Notes under the pieces: generated by a model
What the model saw: the letters and a program-made list of their open reading frames with translations, nothing else
What the model was told of the DNA's origin: nothing
The model's database searches: none
Shown here: one piece after another, positions 16,131 to 26,196 of the stretch
How positions within the stretch are numbered: the stretch's first letter is position 1
How the letters are laid out: each line of letters opens with the position of its first letter
Position numbers and translations under genes: made by a program
Origin: an uncultured Pseudomonadales bacterium
GTDB taxonomy: Bacteria > Patescibacteriota > Microgenomatia > UBA1400 > UBA1396
Direction of reading: 5' to 3'
NCBI GenBank assembly: GCA_964511175.1
Contig: CAZEEI010000005.1
Span: 3,416-67,415 of the forward strand
Length of the DNA: 64,000 nt

Positions 16131-18863
16131 TTAAATTAACGTCACATTTAACTGAGCACTGCTGGAACTAGTCGGTGTGGGAATCGGTGTTGAGGGAGCT
16201 GGCGTTGGAGTGGTCGGCACAGGCGTAGGGGTGGGTTCACGCCAATCCTCATTACTGGTGCCAATGTGAACGTCACCAGTTTTGCCTTCCTTGCCGTCGG
16301 CTCGAATCGCTTTAGCGTACAAAGTGTAGCGGCCGCGCGGCAAATTCAGAGTCGTGTTGTAGGGTTTTTCCCGCAAGGTTTCGCGCAAAGAACCGTTAAC
16401 GTAGATTTCGACGCGATCCACTTTTTCTTCCGAAACAGTTTCCACTTCTATCCCGATATTCTCCTCACTATAAGAATGTTCATTCTCCGGTTTTTTCAGT
16501 AGCACCACTACCTCTGCCTGCGAGTCACAATACTCGGTGGGGGCACGATAATCATTGGGATTGGGCTGACCGTTGACCCAGGCGTCAATCGCTTCCTGGT
16601 AACGATTGCGCCCATCTTGGCTAATCGGATCATCTTCACGCAGGTTAGTAACAATCTTTTCTTCCCAGTTGCCGCGCTGAATATCCACGGCGGTAGCTAG
16701 TTTATTCTGACCTTTACAGAGCCGCGCTTTTTGGTGAATCGGATCCGGGCCAGTTGGTAGAGAACCTTTAATTACCCATTCCTCTTTGGCAGCCAGCTCG
16801 TCATGCGCCGGCCAACCGGAAACAGCATCAACTTGTACTTTTTCGACCCCCTCCGGTACGGGGAAAGGATCGGTCGTGCGACCACTGGCAATTGCCGCCA
16901 GCATAATGCGCCGCCAAATCGGTGAAGCACCGGTAATACCAGAAGCCACTTGTTTCATCTCCGAGTTATCATTGTTACCCACCCACACACCTACGATCGT
17001 GGACAAGCTCCAGCCAATCGTCCAGTTATCGCGTTTATCGTTGGTCGTACCGGTTTTGACAGCAATCGGGCGATTTTGAATATTCAGTTGGGAACCGCGG
17101 CCAAAGGCGCCGGAACGGGCGTCGTCGTCGGACAAAATCGAGTTGATGAGGAAGGACTGTTCAGGCGTGAGCACCTGCCTGCCCGCCACGTCACGGTGCT
17201 TAAAAAGGGTCTGACCTTGGGTGTTTTTGACTTCCAAAATGGAGACCGGTTCGATCCGGTGGCCTTGGTTAGCAAAAGCGCTGTAGGCCGACACTGTGTC
17301 GATTAAGTGCACTTCCGCGCCGCCCAAAGTGACGGACAAACCATAATTGCGCAGGTTTTCCGTGGTTGGTTCCAGTGTGGGAAAACCTAAATCATAGGCG
17401 GTGGCCAACATGTTAGACACACCTACCTGCGACAACAATTTTACAGCCACCACGTTGTTGGATTCAGCCAAACCGCGCCGCAGGGGCATTGGACCACGGA
17501 ATTTGTTGTCATAGTTGTTGGGCTGGTAAGGCTTGGCTGAATCGTTGGGGGCAAACACTGTGGAAGCATCCACCACCATGGTTGCTGGCGTCTTGCCCTG
17601 CTTAAATGCGGTCACGTACGTTACCGGTTTAATCGAAGAACCAGGCTGGCGTAGACCATCCACGGCGACGTTAAACTTGCCAGGGATATCTTCGGCAAAA
17701 TAATCCTTACTGCCGATCATCGACAAAATCTCACCATTGCGCGGATCCATCACGATCGTGGCACCGTTACTGATATTAAAGTTTTTTACCTTTTCTAACT
17801 CTTCCTGCACAATCGTTTCAGATTCCTGCTGGAAAGGAAGGTCTAGGGTTGTGGTCACCGTCAGGCCACCTTTTTCAACCAGCTCCGAACCAAATATTTC
17901 CTCTAACTGGTCCTGCACATAAAACACAAAGTGAGGCGCTTGAATCGGAATGGTTTGGCGCGCAAAAGCCAACGTGTCCATTTGCCGTAGCGCTTCTGCT
18001 TCCAGTTCCGACGAAATATACTCATCTTCCCGCATCCGGCGCAGTACGCCCTCGGTCCGCCAACGCCAGAGGGGAACGCCGTCCTCCGTAGTGCGTCCCA
18101 AAAATGGTGAGTAGGCTGTGGGCCGTTGAGGCAAACCAGCCAGGACGGCCGACTCAATCAGAGTTAGATCAGCCACTGGCTTATTAAAATAGACCTGTGC
18201 GGCCGCACCAATACCTACCGCCGTACCACCATAGGGCGTTTCGTTCAGATACATTTGCAAAATCTCATCTTTCGAAAATTGACGTTCAATTTCTAAAGCC
18301 AGAATAAACTCCCGCAATTTGCGCGTAATGGTGCGCTCGTTGGAAAGTAAGGCATTCTTGACTAGCTGTTGAGTGAGCGTTGAACCACCAATTAGACGCC
18401 TTTTGGTAACCAGGTTATAGGCAATGCGCAGGGGAGTGAGGGGGTCAAAACCGCCGTGTTTATAAAAATCCTTGTCTTCAATGGCCACGGTAGCTTGGCG
18501 CAGATAGGGAGAAACTTGATCAATTGTGATTGGCAGACGCTGTTCGGTATTAAATACGTCGTAAAGCACCGTGCCGTTGCGGTCGGTGATTTTGGTGCTG
18601 AACCCTTCCGTGCGTCGTACACCGCTGGGATCAGGTAAATCACTAGCCACCCAGGCCACTAGAGCCACAAACCCCACGATACCAACCAAAACACTCGCAA
18701 TCGCCCCTAAAGCCAGGAGGCGCAGTAAACGAGCCCGCCACATAGTGCCGTGCTTAGCCGTTAACCGCCGCTCCGCCCAGCGAGCGTGGAAGCGCGCCCG
18801 TCGTTTAGAACGGTGCATTAACCGCCCTACATAACGATTGATTTGCCGCCACCAGCTAACCAT
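16131..18863 (-). CDS. class A penicillin-binding protein (transglycosylase-transpeptidase) with C-terminal Ig-like domain and PT tail
   Basis: EDKDFYKHGG, GGSTLTQQL, RKLRE, GSSIKP (SxxK), SNN and KTGT motifs; start moved to ATG 18863. Confidence 0.95.
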   Translation of the reverse strand: MVSWWRQINRYVGRLMHRSKRRARFHARWAERRLTAKHGTMWRARLLRLLALGAIASVLVGIVGFVALVAWVASDLPDPSGVRRTEGFSTKITDRNGTVLYDVFNTEQRLPITIDQVSPYLRQATVAIEDKDFYKHGGFDPLTPLRIAYNLVTKRRLIGGSTLTQQLVKNALLSNERTITRKLREFILALEIERQFSKDEILQMYLNETPYGGTAVGIGAAAQVYFNKPVADLTLIESAVLAGLPQRPTAYSPFLGRTTEDGVPLWRWRTEGVLRRMREDEYISSELEAEALRQMDTLAFARQTIPIQAPHFVFYVQDQLEEIFGSELVEKGGLTVTTTLDLPFQQESETIVQEELEKVKNFNISNGATIVMDPRNGEILSMIGSKDYFAEDIPGKFNVAVDGLRQPGSSIKPVTYVTAFKQGKTPATMVVDASTVFAPNDSAKPYQPNNYDNKFRGPMPLRRGLAESNNVVAVKLLSQVGVSNMLATAYDLGFPTLEPTTENLRNYGLSVTLGGAEVHLIDTVSAYSAFANQGHRIEPVSILEVKNTQGQTLFKHRDVAGRQVLTPEQSFLINSILSDDDARSGAFGRGSQLNIQNRPIAVKTGTTNDKRDNWTIGWSLSTIVGVWVGNNDNSEMKQVASGITGASPIWRRIMLAAIASGRTTDPFPVPEGVEKVQVDAVSGWPAHDELAAKEEWVIKGSLPTGPDPIHQKARLCKGQNKLATAVDIQRGNWEEKIVTNLREDDPISQDGRNRYQEAIDAWVNGQPNPNDYRAPTEYCDSQAEVVVLLKKPENEHSYSEENIGIEVETVSEEKVDRVEIYVNGSLRETLREKPYNTTLNLPRGRYTLYAKAIRADGKEGKTGDVHIGTSNEDWREPTPTPVPTTPTPAPSTPIPTPTSSSSAQLNVTLI

Positions 18864-18911
18864 ACCGTTATTTAGTATACCGGAATGCGCTACAATGCCG
18901 CCAGGGGAGTC

Positions 18912-20873
18912 ATGATCTGGGATCAACGTGTCACTACTATTCCGGGGGTGGGACCTAAGCGCGCCCAATTGTTGGCCGAAATGGGCCTGCAAACCATTGG
19001 CGATCTGGCCCTTAATCTTCCTAGCCGTTACTTGGATGCGTCGCAAGTTACCCCAATTGCTCATCTGCAACCTAACACTACCATCACTTTACACGTCACG
19101 GTAGAGACAGCGCGACTAATCCACACTCGTTCCCGCCAATCAATTGTCACGGCTACGGTTAGCGACGCCAGCGGTAAGTTGCCACTCACTTTTTTCCATC
19201 AGCCCTACATTATCAAAAAATTACCGGTTGGCGAAAAAGTGGCCCTCATGGGAAATGTCTCGGTTTACCAAAAAAAATTAACTCTAATTAATCCTACTGT
19301 GGAAAGCTTAGCCCGGGAAGAATCGATCCACACCGGTCGGATTATTCCGATCTACCGTCAACACGAAACTTTAAAGGCTGCCTGGCTGCGTCAGACGCTT
19401 TTTACTTTGCTGAAGGCGGCATTGCCGGAGTTAAGCGACTCTCTGCCAGATAATATTTTGCGGCAGGAACAGCTAATGCCTTTTCCGGAGGCAATTTGGC
19501 AAGCCCATTTTCCGGATTCGCTGGCACAGGCCGAGGCGGCGCGGCGGCGGCTGGCGTTTGCCGAATTGTGGGACGTTTTCGTCCAACTGCGGGAGCAGGA
19601 CGCGGCCCGGCGCCAGAAAACCGCCGCCGCCGCACTGGAGCCAAACTGGCTAACTGATTTCTACCAGCAATTCCAAACTATCGCGCCCTTCCCGCTGACC
19701 GCCAGCCAACAAACCGCCTGCCAAGAATTGATGACCCTTTTAACCCAAACTCACCCCGATTTTCACCTGGTTCAGGGCGAGGTCGGTAGCGGTAAAACTT
19801 TAGTCGCCGCTTTTGTGCTCCTGGCGATGGCGGCGGCCGGACACCAAGCCCTTTACTTAGCCCCCACCACTGTTTTAGCTCAACAACATTACCAAACACT
19901 CTCGCCACTGGCCGCCGCGCTCAATCTTTCGCTTGCTCTCTGGACTGGCCAGCAAAAATCCAACCAAACTGCGTCCATCCTCATCGGCACCCACGCTCTT
20001 TTGCACCAGCCGGAGCGTTTTTTACCTGGCATTGTAGTTATCGACGAGGAGCACCGGTTTGGCGTGCGCCAGCGCGGCACATTTTGGGAGGGACACTCAC
20101 CTACTGCGCCCGAGGGAAGGGTTCCTCACTTAGTCTCCTTAACCGCCACACCCATTCCCCGCACCCTGGCGCACGCCCTATACGGCTCCCACACCACTTC
20201 CTATCTCCAACCTATTCCTGGCCAGGAAAAGCAAATTACCACGCGCGTCTTTGATCATACCCGTCTAATTCAACATTTCGCCTGGCTGCAAACCCAAATT
20301 GCCACCGGCGCGCAGGTTTTTCTCATTACTCCCTTCATCAACGCCTCCGAAGCCGAAGGTCTCACCGAAGTTTATGATGCCCAGTCGCTCTACCAGCGCG
20401 CTGAGCAGGAACTACCGCAAGCTAGAATCGCTTTGCTTACCGGCCAAACCAAACCGGCGGCTAAACAAAAAATTCTTAACCAAATGCAAGCGGGCAAATT
20501 AGATGTTCTGGTAGCCACACCGGTCATCGAGGTTGGTATTGATATCCCGCACGCCAGCATCATGACCATTTTTAGCGCCGAACGCTTTGGTCTAGCGCAA
20601 CTGCACCAACTGCGCGGTCGGGTAGGACGCCGCGGCCAGGAGAGCTGGTGTTTCCTGGTACCGTCGCCCAACCTTACTGATACCAAACGGTTGGTTAAAC
20701 TCACCCGCGTCAATGACGGCAGCCAATTAGCCGAAATTGACCTGCAAACACGTGGGGTAGGCGAGTTCTTAGGTACCCGCCAGTCTGGCTGGGATACGCT
20801 GCGCACGGCCGATTGGCTGGATCTAAGACTGATTGAGCAAGTTAAGCGGGTTCAGGACCAAATATTGGCTTAA
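18912..20873 (+). CDS. recG: ATP-dependent DNA helicase RecG
   Basis: QGEVGSGKT, DEEHRFG, TATPIPRTL and AERFGLAQLHQLRGRVGR motifs. Confidence 0.96.
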   Translation: MIWDQRVTTIPGVGPKRAQLLAEMGLQTIGDLALNLPSRYLDASQVTPIAHLQPNTTITLHVTVETARLIHTRSRQSIVTATVSDASGKLPLTFFHQPYIIKKLPVGEKVALMGNVSVYQKKLTLINPTVESLAREESIHTGRIIPIYRQHETLKAAWLRQTLFTLLKAALPELSDSLPDNILRQEQLMPFPEAIWQAHFPDSLAQAEAARRRLAFAELWDVFVQLREQDAARRQKTAAAALEPNWLTDFYQQFQTIAPFPLTASQQTACQELMTLLTQTHPDFHLVQGEVGSGKTLVAAFVLLAMAAAGHQALYLAPTTVLAQQHYQTLSPLAAALNLSLALWTGQQKSNQTASILIGTHALLHQPERFLPGIVVIDEEHRFGVRQRGTFWEGHSPTAPEGRVPHLVSLTATPIPRTLAHALYGSHTTSYLQPIPGQEKQITTRVFDHTRLIQHFAWLQTQIATGAQVFLITPFINASEAEGLTEVYDAQSLYQRAEQELPQARIALLTGQTKPAAKQKILNQMQAGKLDVLVATPVIEVGIDIPHASIMTIFSAERFGLAQLHQLRGRVGRRGQESWCFLVPSPNLTDTKRLVKLTRVNDGSQLAEIDLQTRGVGEFLGTRQSGWDTLRTADWLDLRLIEQVKRVQDQILA

Positions 20874-20903
20874 ATTGTTATACTACGGTGTTACAGTTAA
20901 TCT

Positions 20904-21761
20904 ATGGTTATAGCTAAAGATCGCATTTATCCTGACCAAGTTATTCCTTTAAGTCTAACCGCCGTGGTTTGCTTAACCGGCGTACTGCTGCTTTATGCCG
21001 TTATCCTGCTGCTAAATCGGCTGGTGGTGGCCCGTGAGACGATCATCGCTCAACTGCACCCGGCTGACATTTTGGTTGGCATGACTATCTACCTCAAGAC
21101 CTCCATTGACTTCGCTATCTTTATCGGCCGTTTAATGCACCGCTACCCCGGTTGGAAAAACCGCATTATGATCGAAGTGGGTACTGCCCTGGGCAATATT
21201 GCTGGCACCCTGGGCATATTGGTCATTTGGGATCTTTTTCGCGAAGTACGGGTGTTGATGGCTGGGATGATCTTTCTGGCCGGTCTGGTCCTGCTGCGCA
21301 TGGCCGAAGATGGACTAGAGCACGTTAAGGATGAAGCGGGCAAGTACCAAGTGAGTTTCGACGGACTGGAGATTACGTTTGAGCGTTGGTTGTCCCGTGT
21401 CAATAAATTAGTGGCACCGGTACTGAACCGTTTAATTCCCGCCATGCACGTTGATGAGACAACCCAAAAGGCTGGTTTCCGGGCAGTGTTTCTTTTATCC
21501 TTTACCATTCCCTTTATCTTGGGTCTGGATGATTTTGCTGGCTATATTCCGCTTTTTAACATTGTTAACGTGTTTGGATTTGCCACCGGAGTTTTCCTGG
21601 GACACATGATTTTGAATATCGCTTTATTCTTGTCACCGCGCCTAACCATCCGCCTGGTTAAACATCCACTAATTTCCTTTACCGGCAGTTTGGCTTTTGT
21701 CGGTCTAGCCTTCTGGGGTTTCTGGGAAGCGGCTAAACTCATCGGTTTTGCGGCCCACTAA
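20904..21761 (+). CDS. membrane protein, CadD/LysE-superfamily transporter-like
   Basis: KTSIDF and LGLDDFAGYIPLF resemble the paired CadD motifs; multiple TM helices. Confidence 0.6.
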   Translation: MVIAKDRIYPDQVIPLSLTAVVCLTGVLLLYAVILLLNRLVVARETIIAQLHPADILVGMTIYLKTSIDFAIFIGRLMHRYPGWKNRIMIEVGTALGNIAGTLGILVIWDLFREVRVLMAGMIFLAGLVLLRMAEDGLEHVKDEAGKYQVSFDGLEITFERWLSRVNKLVAPVLNRLIPAMHVDETTQKAGFRAVFLLSFTIPFILGLDDFAGYIPLFNIVNVFGFATGVFLGHMILNIALFLSPRLTIRLVKHPLISFTGSLAFVGLAFWGFWEAAKLIGFAAH

Positions 21762-22457
21762 CATCAGCATTGCCTGCACCGGTTTTTGTTGGTCATAACG
21801 CCAAGAAAAATAAGTATCGGCGTGGTCGTAAGTGCAAATCGAACTAACTTCAATGCGGCTCGATTCAATTCCCAGTGACACCAACTGCTGACGCGCTACT
21901 TCCTTTAAGTCGAGATAATTTTTACCTGCCCGATAATCAACTACGCCATCGTAGTCGGCAAATTTAGCTACTAAATCGTCTTGCACCTCATAATGACAGG
22001 GTCCAATACCAGGACCGATCCAAGCGGTTAAATCGGCGCTTTTTGTACCGAAGGTAGTCTGCAGCTGTTTAACCGCTGCGCGAATAATTCCCTGATCTAA
22101 ACCGCGCCAGCCGGCGTGCAAGAGAGCAATCACCTGATGCTGCAAATCAAATAGTACTATCGGCAGACAATCGGCCACCGTAATGGCCAGATATAAGTCG
22201 GCTTGATCGGTAATTAAACCATCAGCCTGGTCGACTATCCGGCCAGCATCAGCCCGGGTCACTACTACTACCCGATTGCCGCTGATTAAACCAGCACTAA
22301 CCACTTGACTAGGATCAACCTTCTGTTTAGTCAGCCATTGCTGCCGATTGGTGATAGCCCGATCATTAATCAAATTGGGCTCGAGTTTCATGTTACCGTC
22401 AGGTCGCTGCGAAAGATTAATGCGCAACTGAGGGAAAGTGGGGAAAAAATCGGCCAT
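21705..22457 (-). CDS. pgeF: YfiH/PgeF family protein (laccase domain / purine nucleoside phosphorylase)
   Basis: DGLIT, VADCLPI, HAGWRG, GPGIGPCHYEV, CT and YFSWR motifs. Confidence 0.92.
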   Translation of the reverse strand: MADFFPTFPQLRINLSQRPDGNMKLEPNLINDRAITNRQQWLTKQKVDPSQVVSAGLISGNRVVVVTRADAGRIVDQADGLITDQADLYLAITVADCLPIVLFDLQHQVIALLHAGWRGLDQGIIRAAVKQLQTTFGTKSADLTAWIGPGIGPCHYEVQDDLVAKFADYDGVVDYRAGKNYLDLKEVARQQLVSLGIESSRIEVSSICTYDHADTYFSWRYDQQKPVQAMLMLVGRKTDEFSRFPETPEG

Positions 22458-22595
22458 GATTATGAAAATATATCCCTTTTTCATGTAGTAGTGTAGTGAT
22501 GCATGAAAAAACGATGCACTCCACCAGCGCGATGGTGACGAGTACGGCAAACCTTATTTGTTTTCAGCATTACACAATGTAGGTATAGTAGGTAT

Positions 22596-23132
22596 ATGTC
22601 TAATTCATTATCACTGTCAGAACGCTTTAAACAAAGAGTGGTGACTGTGGCCGAAAGGGTAGTAGGCGTCAAGCGCCACGAAGTAGGGGAAACAGAACTA
22701 GCCAAGTTAGCCGAAATTTATGCACAGTTAATCGCTAACCGCCGGCGGATTTCGATTGCGGCAGAGGTCCTGCCGCCCGGACTTTTTAATCATCCTGACG
22801 TCATTACCCAACTACAACAAACCCAAGCGCGCAGTGGTGTGGTGGAAATATTTGTCCCTCACCAGCAGGTAGGTACCAATCTAGAAAGCATTGTTGTTCT
22901 GCAACAGGCTGGTCTGCCGGTTTTTTACCACCAATGGGGAAGTTGGATTGAACCATGGGTGGAGGCGATTACTTTGTTGGATCGTCGCGGTATGATAGCT
23001 TTAATGCGCCCTGAGGGAAAACTAACTGGTTGGGAACAAATCTCCATGCCAAGTTATTTGGGAGCCAGAGAGCTAGCCGAACAATTTCAGCGCTTAAAAC
23101 AGCAGTCCATTCCTTCCTTGGGTACGCGTTAA
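22596..23132 (+). CDS. hypothetical protein (weak resemblance to TrmB C-terminal/PLD-like fold)
   Basis: AITLLDRR and LAEQFQRLKQQS pattern; TATAGT 6 nt before the ATG. Confidence 0.5.
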   Translation: MSNSLSLSERFKQRVVTVAERVVGVKRHEVGETELAKLAEIYAQLIANRRRISIAAEVLPPGLFNHPDVITQLQQTQARSGVVEIFVPHQQVGTNLESIVVLQQAGLPVFYHQWGSWIEPWVEAITLLDRRGMIALMRPEGKLTGWEQISMPSYLGARELAEQFQRLKQQSIPSLGTR

Positions 23133-23183
23133 AAACCCTAATCAAATTGATCATTTTGGTCTATTTTGATATACTCCCGCGAA

Positions 23184-24125
23184 ATGCCTAGCGAGATAAA
23201 AAAATTCAATCCGGAAAATATTGGTCCGGAAAACTTATTCCGACCGCCAACAGCGGTGGTTCATGATGAATTGAAATATCTAATCACACAGGTCGATTTG
23301 GCTTTGCGGGGCGAGAAGAAACATAAGCGCCTTCTTCAAGTTGGCACAGAACTGGAAATGTTTTTCTTTAGTCCAGATATGGACCCAGTTGACGCGGAAG
23401 CTCAATATGGCGAATCGGACCAAAATCCCAACTATGATCCTTGGCACCGTCGTAAAATTGAAGAACTCGAGAAATTTGGTACTAGCCTATTAAAAAATCC
23501 CCATCGTTTTATGTTTACCAGCGATTTGGGAAGAATATTTCTTGAGTTCCGCACTGCTCCACAATCAGCAAAAGAGTATTTAAAAACAATCGAGATGTTT
23601 GGTAATAGGCTTCGCCGTCAATGTGAACGCTTACGCGTTTGGCCGGTTGTTCACTCTCAGCATATCCATGTATCACTGGTCGACCGACGAAATGCGACCA
23701 CAATCATTCCTTCCGATAAACCGGTGAAAAGTTGGTTCTCTAAGGTAAGTCCTCTAGTGCTACTACCCGAAGAATGGGGTAGCAGAGACTATCGCCCCCA
23801 TTGGGTTAGGAGTAACGGTATCAAACCAAATGGTGTGAATGACTTATCTCACCCCGAATTTCGCATGCTTTCGTCCGAGTATGCTAATGACCCTGTTCTT
23901 AATTTATTATTGAGCTTAAAAACCATGTATGAAGGTTGTTTGGGTAAAGGGGGAATTACCCCACACGTCTATGGTAGAGAATATCAACAATCTGCCATTG
24001 AAATGGGAAATGATCCGGATTTAATTGATTTTTTTGGACAATCAACGCTGGCAACCCTGGCCAGAATCACTAGTCAATATCCAGCTGTTTCACGAAGGGA
24101 AATAACAATCGATCAAGTCCGCTAA
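23184..24125 (+). CDS. glutamine synthetase/glutamate-cysteine ligase-fold carboxylate-amine ligase-like protein
   Basis: VGTELEMFF, LEFRTAP, QHIHVSL and PEFRM motifs. Confidence 0.7.
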   Translation: MPSEIKKFNPENIGPENLFRPPTAVVHDELKYLITQVDLALRGEKKHKRLLQVGTELEMFFFSPDMDPVDAEAQYGESDQNPNYDPWHRRKIEELEKFGTSLLKNPHRFMFTSDLGRIFLEFRTAPQSAKEYLKTIEMFGNRLRRQCERLRVWPVVHSQHIHVSLVDRRNATTIIPSDKPVKSWFSKVSPLVLLPEEWGSRDYRPHWVRSNGIKPNGVNDLSHPEFRMLSSEYANDPVLNLLLSLKTMYEGCLGKGGITPHVYGREYQQSAIEMGNDPDLIDFFGQSTLATLARITSQYPAVSRREITIDQVR

Positions 24126-24190
24126 ACTAGTACATTTTTTTCTTGAGGCTTATGATACAATCACCCTTCGATTACTAACGAAAGGAAAAC

Positions 24191-24346
24191 ATGGCAGCAC
24201 TACCCAAACGACGGATTTCGACCGGCCGCTCCGGCCGCCGCCGCCAGGCTATCGCCATTAAGCTGAGCTCCGGCAAGAAATACGTTTCCAGCCGCGATCG
24301 CAAGGCCGCCAAGCGCGGTACTGATTCTGCTTCTACTGAGGCTTAA
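24191..24346 (+). CDS. rpmF: 50S ribosomal protein L32 (no cysteines; not in ORF track)
   Basis: MAALPKRRISTGRSGRRRQAIAIKLSSGKKYVSSRDRKAAKRGTDSASTEA; GAAAGGAAA RBS; position before nusB/acp/rnc. Confidence 0.88.
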   Translation: MAALPKRRISTGRSGRRRQAIAIKLSSGKKYVSSRDRKAAKRGTDSASTEA

Positions 24347-24374
24347 ACTCTGTGCTACTCTCTAAAGTGTATCT

Positions 24375-24752
24375 ATGGCGTCGGAAAAAAACCGCCACGA
24401 GCAGCGTTTGGAGCGCGTACAAGCGTTGTTTTCTTGGGATTTTCAGCCTGGTGAACAAAGCCATCACTTTGCCCTAATCGCCGACATTGTTAGTCATCTG
24501 GATGAATTGGACGCGATTATTCTCCATTTCGCCCCCAAGCGTGATCTAGCCCAGTTCGATAAAGTCGGTCTTGCAATTCTGCGCCAAGCTTTGTATGAAT
24601 TAAAGTACACTCGTACGCCGCCAGCCGTGGTTATCGATGAAGCAATTAATTTAGGCAAATTGTTAGCCGATGAATCCGCCGCTGGTTTTATTCATGGCGT
24701 ACTAGCCACGTATTTGGATGATTTAAGGAAAGGACCTGCCCGTGAACCGTGA
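24375..24752 (+). CDS. nusB: transcription antitermination factor NusB
   Basis: AILRQALYEL, PPAVVIDEAINLGK and FIHGVL motifs. Confidence 0.93.
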   Translation: MASEKNRHEQRLERVQALFSWDFQPGEQSHHFALIADIVSHLDELDAIILHFAPKRDLAQFDKVGLAILRQALYELKYTRTPPAVVIDEAINLGKLLADESAAGFIHGVLATYLDDLRKGPAREP

Positions 24753-24999
24753 GCAAACTACTAACCAAATTATTACGCTGATTAGCGACATTTATGGTAT
24801 CGAAAGCGCCGACCTTTCCCTCAACTCTAACCTGGTAGAGGATGTTGATATCAAGGGCAATTTGGACGAATTCATTCGTTTTGTCCACCGTCTTAACCAT
24901 ATTTTTGAAATTGACCTACAACCCAAGGACATTAACGTGGAAGAAATTGAGACCGTCGCCGACTTGGTTTACCTAGTCGAGGACGCCATGTTGGGGTAA
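24742..24999 (+). CDS. acyl carrier protein-like protein lacking the phosphopantetheine serine
   Basis: Acidic 85 aa, NLVEDVDI, FEIDL and IETVADLVYLV; directly upstream of rnc, like acpP. Confidence 0.7.
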   Translation: MNREQTTNQIITLISDIYGIESADLSLNSNLVEDVDIKGNLDEFIRFVHRLNHIFEIDLQPKDINVEEIETVADLVYLVEDAMLG

Positions 25000-25005
25000 A
25001 ACTTT

Positions 25006-25698
25006 ATGAACCAGGAATCTACCACTCTAGTACCAGAGCTGGCCGCTTTGCCGCCCAACCTTTTGGCTCAAGCTTTTACCCACCGCTCCTTGTGTGCCCG
25101 GGACGTAACCCACTGTGAAACTAACGAGCGTTTGGAGTTCCTCGGTGACGCTGTTCTGGAATTGGCCGTATCCGAATATTTGTTCGGTGAGTTTCCGCAA
25201 CTGGATGAGGGCACCCTCACCCGTTATCGTTCGGCACTGGTGCGCACCGAGTCACTGGCGCACGTGGCCGCCACGCTACATCTGGGCGAACACTTGCGCA
25301 TGAGCGTTGGCGAGGAACAAAATGGCGGTGAGCAATCGACCTCAACTTTGGCTAATACCTTTGAAGCGGTAATTGGCGCCCTTTACCTGGGTGCAGGTTA
25401 CCTTGCCGTTAAAAAATTCATTCACACCCACTTACTTAGTCATTTTGACGAGTTCGTGACCGATCAAAACGCCAAAGACGCCAAAACATTACTCCAAGAA
25501 AAAGCCCAGGCGCTAGGTAAGCCGGCTCCCACCTATCAAACCGTGCAGGCTGAAGGTCCAGACCACGCCAAGTTATTTACGGTAGCCGTTACCGTAGAGG
25601 CGTTACCGGCCGTAACTGGCCGCGGCGCCAGTAAACAAAAAGCGGAACAGGAGGCTGCGGACCGCGCCTTGAAACAATACTTCTCAGACCAGCCCTAA
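25006..25698 (+). CDS. rnc: ribonuclease III
   Basis: NERLEFLGDAVL, FEAVIGALYL and dsRBD motifs DAKTLLQE and GPDHAK. Confidence 0.97.
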   Translation: MNQESTTLVPELAALPPNLLAQAFTHRSLCARDVTHCETNERLEFLGDAVLELAVSEYLFGEFPQLDEGTLTRYRSALVRTESLAHVAATLHLGEHLRMSVGEEQNGGEQSTSTLANTFEAVIGALYLGAGYLAVKKFIHTHLLSHFDEFVTDQNAKDAKTLLQEKAQALGKPAPTYQTVQAEGPDHAKLFTVAVTVEALPAVTGRGASKQKAEQEAADRALKQYFSDQP

Positions 25699-25717
25699 GC
25701 TGATATAATTCCTCCCT

Positions 25718-25951
25718 ATGCTGAAAATTAAATTAGCCCGTGTCGGTAGAAAAAATCAAGCCAGCTACCGTATCGTGGTAAACGAAAAACGCGACAAACG
25801 TGACGGTAAATACGTGGAGCAAGTTGGTTTTTATAACCCCTCCATCACCCCTAAGGACGTCCGTTTTACGCGCGATCGTTACGAATATTGGCTACAAAAA
25901 GGCGCCCAACCAACTGCAACGGTGGCCGCGCTGTACCGGAAATCCAAATAG
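25718..25951 (+). CDS. rpsP: 30S ribosomal protein S16
   Basis: MLKIKLARVG, RDGKYVEQVGFYNP and GAQPT motifs. Confidence 0.97.
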   Translation: MLKIKLARVGRKNQASYRIVVNEKRDKRDGKYVEQVGFYNPSITPKDVRFTRDRYEYWLQKGAQPTATVAALYRKSK

Positions 25952-25954
25952 AGT

Positions 25955-26188
25955 ATGCGCAACTTAATCGAATTTATTTTGCTCCATATTGTTCAACATC
26001 CGGACGAGGTAAAAGTCACGGAAGAAGAAGTTGAGGGTCGCTTTATTTACACCATTAGTGTTCACACGGAAGACGTTGGCCGGGTAATTGGCCGCAATGG
26101 TCGCACCATTGACGCTATCCGCTCACTGGCCAAGGTGCGTGCCATGAAAGACGGTATCGCCGTCCAGGTTAAAGTCGCCAGCGAATAA
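25955..26188 (+). CDS. khpA: KH-domain RNA-binding protein KhpA
   Basis: DVGRVIGRNGRTIDAIR; follows rpsP. Confidence 0.92.
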   Translation: MRNLIEFILLHIVQHPDEVKVTEEEVEGRFIYTISVHTEDVGRVIGRNGRTIDAIRSLAKVRAMKDGIAVQVKVASE

Positions 26189-26196
26189 TTTTTCTT

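Noticed and set aside
16131-16240. Repetitive DNA at the PBP 3' end (also in pilO and the solute-binding protein)
   Set aside because: Encodes Pro/Thr-rich linkers; not a DNA repeat element
18863-19070. Apparent head-to-head overlap of the PBP gene and recG
   Set aside because: Caused by over-extended ORF starts; ATG 18863 and ATG 18912 remove the overlap
22460-22590. Small hairpins between pgeF and ORF 22596 as a riboswitch
   Set aside because: No match to a riboswitch consensus I recognise; stems are short
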